Assembly: GCA_043819555.1 (NCBI GenBank)
Contig: JBDREQ010000073.1
Coordinates: 128,001-192,000, forward strand
Source: Candidatus Zixiibacteriota bacterium
Lineage (GTDB): Bacteria > Zixibacteria > MSB-5A5 > GN15 > JAAZOE01
DNA: 64,000 nt
Direction of reading: 5' to 3'
The notes below the pieces were generated by a model. That model was not told the origin of the DNA. It saw only the letters and a program-made list of their open reading frames with translations, and did no database searches. Position numbers and translations under genes: made by a program. Shown piece after piece: positions 50,590 through 59,683 of the stretch (position 1 is its first letter; the number at the start of each line of letters is the position of its first letter).

Positions 50590-52974
50590 TTATTGCGGAC
50601 AATCGGCACAGGGTTGGGGTCCGCTTTTAAATATTTTATTTATCAAATAGACCGCATCTCCAACGTTACATGTGGCGTCGCAATTGACGTCACCGGCTTC
50701 CACGACCGGAATTGGCGCCGGACCTCCTTTAAATAAATGACTGATAATATAGACTGCATCTCCAACATTAACCGATAAATCGCCGTTGGCGTCACCGCAA
50801 ATGAAATCAGGATCACCGGAAATCAAAATATCATCAATATACCAGCCTTCACCCGTAACCCAGCCATCCGAGCCGAATCTAAACATGATTTGAACGATAC
50901 CCGAATATGAAGAGAGATCAAACAAAGCCGGCGTCCAGTCGAAACTACTTGAATAACAAAGGGTACCGGGTTCAAAAGGACTGGCGGGATTATTTATAAT
51001 GCCACGGGGGTATCCGCCATCGGGAGTGATTAGAGACCAATTGCCATCTCCCGATGATATCCAAACGTTACTTCCATCCCAGGCACTATCAGGATTAGAG
51101 TCACCCTCGGCGTCCATCCAGTGCCAGAATTCTAAAATGGAATTTTGAGGTAATAAAAACGGGGGAGAAATTAACGCTCCATCTGAATTATTGGAATAAT
51201 CGTTGGATCCCGCACCGCCATATTTCCAACTCATGCTTCCACTATGAGATCTCTGAGTTTCGAGATGCCATTGATCAGCATACATGGGAATATTTTTCTT
51301 ATGCGTCCAGTAACCCTCTCCGGCCTCAAAATCATCGGAAAATCCTGATTCGCTACCGATATATACGTAAATAGAGTCTGAATAAGAATATCCGCCTGAT
51401 TCACTCAACGTATAATTCAATTGAATAATTTGATTCACCGGGCATGCAGGTGATATCGATAGTTCAATATTATTGAGAGACGAACATTGCTCACCCCATT
51501 GGATTGTCTCTTGAAAAGATATAGATGGAGAAGTTATTTCAATGTTTTCATCCGTGCATGAAAATGTACCGACGGTATTAACCGCATCAATTCCGAGGTT
51601 TTCTATGGTCAGTGAAATTGATAAGTTCTCTCCGGGTTCATTAATTCCATCTCCATCGGATTCGGCCCTGCTGTTTCCAATATATATAAACTTTGGCTCA
51701 TTCTGCGGCTTAATATTCACAATCATGAACTCTTCTTCGTACGGGCAAATATCATCGGGATCTATCCAAGAGCAATAAAGATTATCAAATACATACCAGG
51801 TCGTAAAACCATTATCCCAACCATAATTCATATGATATTCGTACTGACCGGCGCCCTGATCTCGATAACCGTCACATACAATTGAGTGCAAATTAATTCG
51901 ATACTGGATAGGGCGATTATTATCGATTTCTTCGCGAATAAAATTAAACCATCCGGTAAGATCATGATCAATACGATGTTCAAGCCGTACATCCGCACTG
52001 TATTTAAAATAATTTGCATAAACAATAGTGCCATATGACACCGAGGCTCCTGAACCGCATGCGCCATAATCCATTTCAAAAGTGACACCCACCTCATAAT
52101 TCAGCTCTGCCAAAGCAGCTTTTTGCTCGGGTGTGCATTCGATATGGCAATCACTGGCGATTTTATCCCAATCATAAGGATTGGACAAGTCGACCGTCAA
52201 TTCCTGGTCAGGGGTGTTCCCTCCGCAGGAATTGTCGCCTCCCCAGATATATGAACTTGTCCCAATACCTGATGGAGGCCATTGCCAATATGCCAAAATC
52301 TGGGCTGTAGCGGTAGCCACACAGCCAACTACGCAACGACCTCCGTCACCATCTGGACAGTAATCATTATATGGACTCCTTTGGTGCCAGGAAGTAGTGG
52401 TCAGCGGACCGGCCTCAACCAAAGCAGATTTGTCAATAATGTCGCCAGATAAGAAATCTTTTTCTGATTTAGTATATTCTTCCCATTTTGTTCGCTGTTG
52501 CGGATCAAATATAGCCATTTCTTGAATCCGGGACGCTTCCAGACTTCCATAATTTTCTGCGAAAATTTGGAATTTCCTCGATAGGGTTTCCCGCAGAAGG
52601 GATATAAATCCACCTTCTTGGTTTTCATCTAAGGTCGACACCTCAGAATAGGCCTTAATAGGACTCAATTCCTTAAGGGTCGGTACGATGACGAAACCAG
52701 ATGGAGAGATATTATAGACACGGGCTAAAACCGTATCATTGGAGGAGATATCCTGCACAGAAATAATATCAGGTGCCACGGCTCCAGCCCATTGCCCCTT
52801 TTGGACTATGGTTTTGGCCAGCCAATTCCGGCATACTCTTTCCATTTCATTGTCGGCAGCGATTTCTGCCTGTACAATTGAAGCCAAACAAATTAGCGGG
52901 ATTAGAAATATTGCCGCCCGAACACATACGACAATCTTTCGGCCGGGCTCTTCAGGAATTTGATAATTGGTCAT
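50590..52974 (-). CDS. C10 (streptopain-like) cysteine protease with propeptide, lectin-like domain and dockerin-like tail
   Basis: WHQ..PYN..CP..CVVGCVATA.AQI; HSIVCDGY; YHMNYGW; EGWYIDDI; two GD.N.D...NVGDAVY repeats. Confidence 0.9.
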   Translation of the reverse strand: MTNYQIPEEPGRKIVVCVRAAIFLIPLICLASIVQAEIAADNEMERVCRNWLAKTIVQKGQWAGAVAPDIISVQDISSNDTVLARVYNISPSGFVIVPTLKELSPIKAYSEVSTLDENQEGGFISLLRETLSRKFQIFAENYGSLEASRIQEMAIFDPQQRTKWEEYTKSEKDFLSGDIIDKSALVEAGPLTTTSWHQRSPYNDYCPDGDGGRCVVGCVATATAQILAYWQWPPSGIGTSSYIWGGDNSCGGNTPDQELTVDLSNPYDWDKIASDCHIECTPEQKAALAELNYEVGVTFEMDYGACGSGASVSYGTIVYANYFKYSADVRLEHRIDHDLTGWFNFIREEIDNNRPIQYRINLHSIVCDGYRDQGAGQYEYHMNYGWDNGFTTWYVFDNLYCSWIDPDDICPYEEEFMIVNIKPQNEPKFIYIGNSRAESDGDGINEPGENLSISLTIENLGIDAVNTVGTFSCTDENIEITSPSISFQETIQWGEQCSSLNNIELSISPACPVNQIIQLNYTLSESGGYSYSDSIYVYIGSESGFSDDFEAGEGYWTHKKNIPMYADQWHLETQRSHSGSMSWKYGGAGSNDYSNNSDGALISPPFLLPQNSILEFWHWMDAEGDSNPDSAWDGSNVWISSGDGNWSLITPDGGYPRGIINNPASPFEPGTLCYSSSFDWTPALFDLSSYSGIVQIMFRFGSDGWVTGEGWYIDDILISGDPDFICGDANGDLSVNVGDAVYIISHLFKGGPAPIPVVEAGDVNCDATCNVGDAVYLINKIFKSGPQPCADCPQ

Positions 52975-53230
52975 CGTTTTATTTATCTTTCCGGGTTTGG
53001 CAGTACTCAGTCGATGTTAAGCGCTTTTTCTATTCTCCTATATATAAATCGAGGGACTCCTTTGGGAATATATTAAAGAGGTATCCTTATAGGCGGTATT
53101 CAGGGCATATCTATTCAATACTTCGTCAATCTATATTTCAAATATAATCGACAATTTGACGAACGCAATAGAATAATTCCTTACTTGTCGGCTGCATTCT
53201 ATTTTCGAGAAATAATTCGAGAAATAATAA

Positions 53231-53298
53231 AGAGGGCGCACTCTGGTCGGGTAGAGGGGGCTAGGAAACTACCCAGGGACAACAGAATGTCACCCTCT
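53231..53298 (-). ncRNA. Candidate structured small RNA (unassigned)
   Basis: Irregular hairpin of about 24 bp whose two C-A mismatches on + become G-U pairs on -; pyrimidine-rich loop; lies in a 500-bp intergenic gap. Confidence 0.45.
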
Positions 53299-53478
53299 GT
53301 TAAAAAATCTTTGGCGCTTAACTTGCCTATGACGAACTAATGGACCAAATGTTTAAAAATATCTTTATTTTTTGCCCACTATAATTATAGAGTCGATTTA
53401 TGGAAGAATCTTTCAAAATATTAATTAAATTTATGAAAGAAAATGACTAAAGACTCATTGTGGGAGAATTATTGGGTC

Positions 53479-54177
53479 TTAGAATCTGTTAATTTTGATT
53501 GGAATTGTAAGCTGGAATAGTTCTCCGCGATCTATTTCAATGACAATAGCGGCAAAATGCGGCCCATAAGGTAAGTTTTCCCATATCGGTGAAATCTCAA
53601 AATCAATCGTACTATTGCCCTTTAACTCAAAATTAGTTTTAGTGGCGACGAAACCGGAATCGTGATCTATTTTAATTCTAACTATAGCTTTCTCATCGAC
53701 TAAATTTTTCAAAGAGAATTTTTGAGAGTCTTTGCCCACAATAAAAACTGTTGATATTGGATCGATTTTCACAGTTTGAGGAGAACGTCCAATAATTGAG
53801 GCAAAATAGACATGAATTTCAGGAAATGGTTCATAATCGGTCACAATACGAACATCTCGTTGAATTTCTCCCTTGTAGGTTTTAGAGTCAAATTTAACCG
53901 GCAAAATATAAGATTCCTGTGGGGCTATTTTAATTGGTGCACGAGGTACATGGGTACAATCGCAGCCAGGAATCAGTTCTGTAATTGTTATGGTGTCTTC
54001 GTGTGGATTAAACAATGTATAGTGATGGCTCACTATCGCGTCCTGGGGTATTAATCCATATATCCAAACAAATTCTGAAGGCAAAAGGGGAAAGTCATTA
54101 GTATTTAAACTATCATCTGTGCTTCCCATCGAGACTAAAAAAAATCCTAAAAAAGCAATCAGCGTAATTATCCTCAT
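53479..54177 (-). CDS. DUF1573 (Ig-like) secreted protein
   Basis: Signal peptide from ATG 54177 (ATGA overlap with upstream gene); H.Y.L.N...L.PGCDCT....I.P. Confidence 0.75.
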   Translation of the reverse strand: MRIITLIAFLGFFLVSMGSTDDSLNTNDFPLLPSEFVWIYGLIPQDAIVSHHYTLFNPHEDTITITELIPGCDCTHVPRAPIKIAPQESYILPVKFDSKTYKGEIQRDVRIVTDYEPFPEIHVYFASIIGRSPQTVKIDPISTVFIVGKDSQKFSLKNLVDEKAIVRIKIDHDSGFVATKTNFELKGNSTIDFEISPIWENLPYGPHFAAIVIEIDRGELFQLTIPIKINRF

Positions 54178-55166
54178 TTCACAGTCGTCTCCTCGATTGT
54201 AAATCCATGACTTATCATCCACTCATCTGAGAAACATTTCGAAAGGTATCGAATCGCTGAATCAGCGAAGATTACCACAATTAAGTCATTGGGAGTTAAA
54301 TCTTTGGCAATGTTTAGTGCTGCATAAACAGCCGTTCCTGAAGAACCGCCGGCCAGGACGCCAAATCGCTTGGTTATCATTCGGGCCGTGGAAAATGATT
54401 GCTCATCATTTACCGAGATTACTTCGTCAATAACATTCGGGTCAAGCGCCTTGGTTACTTTATCCGAACCGATCCCTTCCACCAAATAAGTTTGTGATTC
54501 ATGTACTTTGCCGGTTTTAATGTAATCTGCAAACATGGAACCGGTTGGGTCAACGGCGATTATTTTTACATTGCTATTTTGTTCTTTAAGATACTGCCCA
54601 ATGCCTGAGACGGTTCCCCCGGTCCCAATTCCACCAATAAAATGCGTGATTCTCCCTTCGGTTTGCTTCCAGATTTCAGGCCCCGTGCTATGATAATGAG
54701 CTCTGATATTATCGGGATTGTCGTACTGATTAAATAGAAAGTAACCCTTTTCCAACGCCAGACTACGAGCCAATTGATAGCAACTCCTTGGATCATCCCA
54801 TGCAGCTTCCGTAGGGGTGCGAATTACCTCTGCACCCAGAGCCCTGATGAGATCCACTTTTTCCTGGCTCGTTTTTTCCGGCGTAGTAAAGACTGCCTTC
54901 AGATCATAAGCGGCGGCCAGCATGGCGACAGCAACCCCGGTGTTTCCGGAAGTATTGTCAATTATGGTATCGCCCTTTTTCAATCGCCCATCTTTGAGAG
55001 CCACCTCAATAATGAATTTTGCCAAACGATCCTTAACCGAACCGCCGGGATTCAAATATTCCAATTTGGCCAGTATTTTCGGTCCCGGATTTTGTTTGTC
55101 ATAAAACGGCAATTCAATTAAAGGAGTGTTGCCAATCAATTCTGAAATTCTATTTGGAAACTTCAT
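54174..55166 (-). CDS. PLP-dependent cysteine synthase / cystathionine beta-synthase family protein
   Basis: IGNTPL, KLEYLNPGGSVKDR, TSGNTG, NQY.NP.N, GTGGT, EGIG. Confidence 0.93.
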   Translation of the reverse strand: MKFPNRISELIGNTPLIELPFYDKQNPGPKILAKLEYLNPGGSVKDRLAKFIIEVALKDGRLKKGDTIIDNTSGNTGVAVAMLAAAYDLKAVFTTPEKTSQEKVDLIRALGAEVIRTPTEAAWDDPRSCYQLARSLALEKGYFLFNQYDNPDNIRAHYHSTGPEIWKQTEGRITHFIGGIGTGGTVSGIGQYLKEQNSNVKIIAVDPTGSMFADYIKTGKVHESQTYLVEGIGSDKVTKALDPNVIDEVISVNDEQSFSTARMITKRFGVLAGGSSGTAVYAALNIAKDLTPNDLIVVIFADSAIRYLSKCFSDEWMISHGFTIEETTVK

Positions 55167-55316
55167 TTACTGGAGATCCTTTCACATTCTTCCGACACAT
55201 TATTATACAAATTAAAGGCTGAGTACAACTTATTTTTTCGGAATGTTATATGCTTGACATAGTTTTTTTTTACGTCTAAACTGTCACTAATCAGAGGATG
55301 AAGATAAGGAGGTGCA

Positions 55317-55790
55317 ATGGCGCGCTATATAATTATTACAATTCTTTTTTGCGGGTTGGTTTTGGCGGGTTGCAGTAAGAACCAGGAAGAAATTGACGCC
55401 CTTAGCCAGGAAGCGACCCAGGACGAAACATCAACTGTGATGGATTCATCGGCAGGAACCGGCACGGGTGATAAAATAGATACTTTGGCCGAAATATCAA
55501 CCGTGGGAATGAGCAAATCTCCGGAAGCAACTGGTTCTACTCCGGATTATTCGAATTTATCCGGCTATGTCGTTCAAATCGGCAGCTATTCGAATTATGA
55601 ATTCGCCCAGATGATGGCTGATAAATATATTGCCCGCGATTACCCGGCCTTTGTAGCCAGTGCAAATCTTGATGGCTTTACATATTATCGCCTGCGCATT
55701 GGAGTTTATGAAACTGTGGGAGAGGCCAAAGAAGTCGGTGAATTGATTAAGGACCGTTATTCCGGCGAATATTGGATAGACAATAATTAA
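55317..55790 (+). CDS. SPOR-domain lipoprotein
   Basis: Lipobox LAGC; YVVQIGSY...A; YYRLRIG.Y....EA; AGGAGGT SD. Confidence 0.88.
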   Translation: MARYIIITILFCGLVLAGCSKNQEEIDALSQEATQDETSTVMDSSAGTGTGDKIDTLAEISTVGMSKSPEATGSTPDYSNLSGYVVQIGSYSNYEFAQMMADKYIARDYPAFVASANLDGFTYYRLRIGVYETVGEAKEVGELIKDRYSGEYWIDNN

Positions 55791-55855
55791 TAATTGCCTC
55801 AGTGATAAATGTCGATTGCGGATTTCTTATGTAATCGTACCGTTTCAAAATTAAA

Positions 55856-55886
55856 AAACCCATCATTAACGTTTAATGACGGGTTT
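55856..55886. terminator. Bidirectional terminator
   Basis: AAACCC.TCATTAA...TTAATGA.GGGTTT between convergent genes. Confidence 0.7.
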
Positions 55887-55909
55887 ATATTTTCTATTGA
55901 TATAAGGAT

Positions 55910-57940
55910 TTACGGTCTGACGTACTCGCCTACTATTCTGTGAATAGCGTCAAAACTGGAATTGTTTTTAAAGGCAGTAATTTCATTTTCAGAAACATTG
56001 TTTTTGAAGTCGCCATACGATTCCTTAACTCTTTGGAAATCATCCCGGGCAAAATAATTGAGCATCAGATAATGATAAACCTCGGCGGAACGAGGCGACA
56101 AATCTTTGGCTTTACGAAGGCTTTTATCCGCATCCCGGTTTTTACCAATGGAGAAATATAATTTCCCCATTTCAAGGTTGGCCGTAAAATTATTTTTGTC
56201 TTCTCTCAAGACTTGCTTATATATTCTAAACGCTTCATCGTTCTCATTCTGATTTTTATAACATGAAGCCATATTGAGGAGGGCGGAAATAGAATTATTG
56301 TTAATATTCAGGGCCTTTTCAAACATATTTACGGCTGTACTCTCACGATTCTGGCTCGAGTAGATTTCACCGGCTCGGACATAATCATTCTCCGCCTTTG
56401 CGGTTTGATTATTGCTCAGATAAGCATCGGCCCGCAGTTTATAAGCATCGGCCATTGATGGTTTTAAATTTATTGCATCGGACAGGTTTTTAATAGCGGA
56501 AAGAATATCACCACTTGCAAGATCCGTACTGCCCATTTCATAAAACTCAGCGGCGGATTTCTGAGATGGAGATTCAGCGGCTGATTCGGTCTGAGTCAGC
56601 ACGATTTTTTCGAGATTCGCTTCTAATACATATGTTTCGCCGCTTTTTAGTACGACGGTGCCTTTCCAGCTTATATACCCATTTTTGCTTATTTCGGCTG
56701 TATGTTTACCTACCCGCAGTTTTTTATAGGTCAAATTGCCCGATCCCAAAACCTGTCCATTCATCGTTAGACGTGCATTTTCGACATTGGCCCTTAATTT
56801 GAGAGAAGAATATTCTTTGTCCGATTTATTTGTCTCTGCAGACTTTTCCGTTGAGGGAGAAATGGGTTTTGTTTGATTTTTATTAGATTGGCCTGGAAGT
56901 GATGTCTTTGAAGAAGCCTCCCTTGATTGTGAGGAAACATCAACGCTGGCGTATGCTTCGCTGCCGCCCAAAGACAGGGTCGATATCTCTCCGGCGGCAA
57001 TTGATATTTTTTCAGAGATCAGGGAACCATCAGGTTCTTTATATTTAATTGTAAAAACACCAGTCGGGATTTTGTCAAAACTGAAAAATCCCTGAGCATC
57101 GGACAGCACTTTTTTGCCTTCTTCGGGCAGCATGATTTCCGTTCCGCCTATATATGGCTGGTTATTTTCATCAAGAATAACTCCAATAATTGAACCATGC
57201 CCCGGAGTTGTTGGCGAAATAAACCTCGAACCAATTATAATTAAAAGCACAACCAATACCGTCGCGAAGGCAGCTATGGCATATTGGCTCTTGATCTTTT
57301 TTGGCTTTAGAAGAAAATGCTGATCGGAAATTATCAATTCTTCGCCTGAACTGGGAAAATAATTACCTGTTAACTGGATGAAGTTTCTGTGAAAATAAGC
57401 GGTCTTCCTAATCAAAAAGGACTGTCGTAACACCGAATCTGGATAAGGCTTGGCTACATTATTTTTCCTTATATTTTCTATGGAAATATCCCTCTGCATG
57501 TCAGAGACGGGAATTGACTTTTGGGCGTTTTCAGGAGAATTATTCAGGCTGTTTAGTATTGAATTTGCTGAAGTCGGGGAGACATAGTCGTCTTTCTCCT
57601 GAAACAAATTTGAACGAATATTTTTAACCTCTTCATCAGTGAGTTTTCCTGTTTTGCGCTTATCGTTCGATTTTTCAAGGAATTCAGGCTTTGCCTGGTC
57701 GCGGGCGGCCAATAAATCACCCGGATCGCACAATTGAATCGAATCATTCTCAGAGGTCTGACAATCTTCATCGATAGCGATTGAATCTTCTTCATTCACC
57801 TCTAAATCAATGTGGGATGAAAATTTATCGTCCTCATCGACAGGTGATTTTGCCTTTTTATCATATGAGGCGCCGCAATTTGGGCATATTTTGATTGATT
57901 TATCAATTGCTTGATATTTACATATTTCACAGTAAGGCAA
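55910..57940 (-). CDS. Zn-ribbon / TM / carboxypeptidase-regulatory-like / PEGA / TPR protein
   Basis: CEIC..CPNCG; one TM; GSIIGVILD..SDAQGFF.F..IP.G; K.GY..W...V (PEGA); multiple TPRs; AAGGAG SD before TTG 57940. Confidence 0.8.
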   Translation of the reverse strand: MPYCEICKYQAIDKSIKICPNCGASYDKKAKSPVDEDDKFSSHIDLEVNEEDSIAIDEDCQTSENDSIQLCDPGDLLAARDQAKPEFLEKSNDKRKTGKLTDEEVKNIRSNLFQEKDDYVSPTSANSILNSLNNSPENAQKSIPVSDMQRDISIENIRKNNVAKPYPDSVLRQSFLIRKTAYFHRNFIQLTGNYFPSSGEELIISDQHFLLKPKKIKSQYAIAAFATVLVVLLIIIGSRFISPTTPGHGSIIGVILDENNQPYIGGTEIMLPEEGKKVLSDAQGFFSFDKIPTGVFTIKYKEPDGSLISEKISIAAGEISTLSLGGSEAYASVDVSSQSREASSKTSLPGQSNKNQTKPISPSTEKSAETNKSDKEYSSLKLRANVENARLTMNGQVLGSGNLTYKKLRVGKHTAEISKNGYISWKGTVVLKSGETYVLEANLEKIVLTQTESAAESPSQKSAAEFYEMGSTDLASGDILSAIKNLSDAINLKPSMADAYKLRADAYLSNNQTAKAENDYVRAGEIYSSQNRESTAVNMFEKALNINNNSISALLNMASCYKNQNENDEAFRIYKQVLREDKNNFTANLEMGKLYFSIGKNRDADKSLRKAKDLSPRSAEVYHYLMLNYFARDDFQRVKESYGDFKNNVSENEITAFKNNSSFDAIHRIVGEYVRP

Positions 57941-57977
57941 AAGCGCTCCTTCGTGGCGTTTTTTTTCACTAAACAAA

Positions 57978-58004
57978 TTATCGGCTTATCAGTCCTATAC
58001 TTGA
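57978..58004 (-). promoter_or_regulatory. Putative sigma28-type promoter (TPR/PEGA protein)
   Basis: Minus strand TCAAG-N14-GCCGATAA. Confidence 0.7.
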
Positions 58005-58148
58005 GCGGTGATTATTTGAATTTGACCCTGTAATAACCCTGGAATTCAAAAACTTAGGGGGATATTTATTAAAAACGGCTTGACATGAGCCTCTGTATTC
58101 AATAAATTATTTCTTCAATTTTTTTTCGATGACGTCTTTGTCGGGAGG

Positions 58149-59513
58149 ATGAAGAGGATGAGTTTCAACTTGAAAAACTGTTTACTGCTTTTGGCGGTTT
58201 GCGGGATTATTGTGGCAGCTTTTGGATGCGGGCAAAAGGATGATATTACTAAGCCCAAAGAATTTGCCTCTTTAACATTAAGACCCACCTATTTGCCGGA
58301 GCTTGATACTTTATTTATTTATGAGCTGTGGGCCATTTCCGATGCGGATGGTCCAGGTACCTCGCTTGGCAGATTCCTATGGGATAATACTCTCTACCGA
58401 TTCCGGAATATTGACGGAAATGCAATTGACAGCGTATTTGAGTTGCCGGGATCATTCTATGACTACGATCATTTGGCAATTTCGATTGAAAATCGAGACA
58501 ATAACGATTCCGAACCATCGGGAACTTTCATGCTGATTGATGACGTTGTCGATCCGGTAAGCAGGCCAATTATTTTGAAATTTCCAGTAAGCTTATTTGG
58601 CGCCGTTGGTACATATATTACAGCCACTCCCACCGATGACTTTTTGAATTTCTCAAATGAGGATAAGGGCATATGGCTCTGCTCGCGTGCTTTAACACAA
58701 AGGTTTAACCATGATACCCTGGGAGTTGATAACGTTACCGTTGTAAATGTTGCCCCGCCGGTCGATTCTGATACAACTGCTCTCGACACGATTGGAATAG
58801 TTATTCCTGATACCGGGTGGACTATTATCGACACAACAATTATTTTTGGGTATGACACTATTCCACACAGTCGAATAAACTTTGAATATATAACCGAGGT
58901 ACGCCCCGATTCCAATTATTTATTATTCCCAATTTTCGATATCGATAGTGTCAGCCCATACCGGGGATTAATTCAGTATTACAACTATTCCACCTCTCTT
59001 GATGAACTTCCCGATGTCAGCCCCTACGGTTGGCGTTATAATGCCTGGGTTTTCCATGAATATTACCCTGAAGCCGCCAATTTACCCGAAATGGTTCCAT
59101 TCGGTTATAAGTTGCAGCATTATTATGTTGGCGAACCATCCTGGCGCGTTTTAGCCCTAGGCCCATTTTTACGCCCCGACTCCGCCGATTTGTCAAATCC
59201 GTATATTGATAATCGCGAAGTACCTAATTTCCCCGGCGAGGATTTTATATTAAATCTACCGCCTGGTTATGATGCTATTAATTTCAGATACGCTAGTGAC
59301 AGCGATACGACCGGAGGCTTTGCCGCTTCGATTGTTGTGGGAGTGGAGCCTGATCCGGCGAATCTGACAATTGATGAGACCCGGAATTTCCCGATTTTCT
59401 TCCTTTCCAAGGACATCCCTTATAGGTTTATGGCAACCAATAACAGTCTCATTTTGCATAATTATAGCCAGTTTTTACCGGTGATTGAAGTCAACGTGAA
59501 ATTCCACGAATAA
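58149..59513 (+). CDS. Lipoprotein with two RskA-C-like domains
   Basis: Lipobox AFGC; LP.L....YELW...LGRF, ATPTD..NE..GIW, GWRY.AW..LGPF, P.FPGEDF. Confidence 0.6.
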   Translation: MKRMSFNLKNCLLLLAVCGIIVAAFGCGQKDDITKPKEFASLTLRPTYLPELDTLFIYELWAISDADGPGTSLGRFLWDNTLYRFRNIDGNAIDSVFELPGSFYDYDHLAISIENRDNNDSEPSGTFMLIDDVVDPVSRPIILKFPVSLFGAVGTYITATPTDDFLNFSNEDKGIWLCSRALTQRFNHDTLGVDNVTVVNVAPPVDSDTTALDTIGIVIPDTGWTIIDTTIIFGYDTIPHSRINFEYITEVRPDSNYLLFPIFDIDSVSPYRGLIQYYNYSTSLDELPDVSPYGWRYNAWVFHEYYPEAANLPEMVPFGYKLQHYYVGEPSWRVLALGPFLRPDSADLSNPYIDNREVPNFPGEDFILNLPPGYDAINFRYASDSDTTGGFAASIVVGVEPDPANLTIDETRNFPIFFLSKDIPYRFMATNNSLILHNYSQFLPVIEVNVKFHE

Positions 59514-59531
59514 AGAAAATAATATTTCCTG

Positions 59532-59562
59532 AAACCGGCATAGAAATATGCCGGTTTTTTTT
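59532..59562 (+). terminator. Intrinsic terminator
   Basis: AAACCGGCATA-GAAA-TATGCCGGTTT followed by a T run. Confidence 0.88.
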
Positions 59563-59683
59563 ATCCCAAAATCATTAATTAGTAGCTTGCCTTTTATAAA
59601 ACTGTCTATTATATTCGCGCCGATATTGTGAAAGTTGTCACAAAGTTAACATAAATCAACTATAGATATCAGGAGGAAGGTAC

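Noticed and set aside
59596..59626. GCCGATAT upstream of hppA as a seventh sigma28 site
   Set aside because: TAAA is 18 nt away. TTGCCT-N17-TATATT explains the region as a sigma70 promoter.
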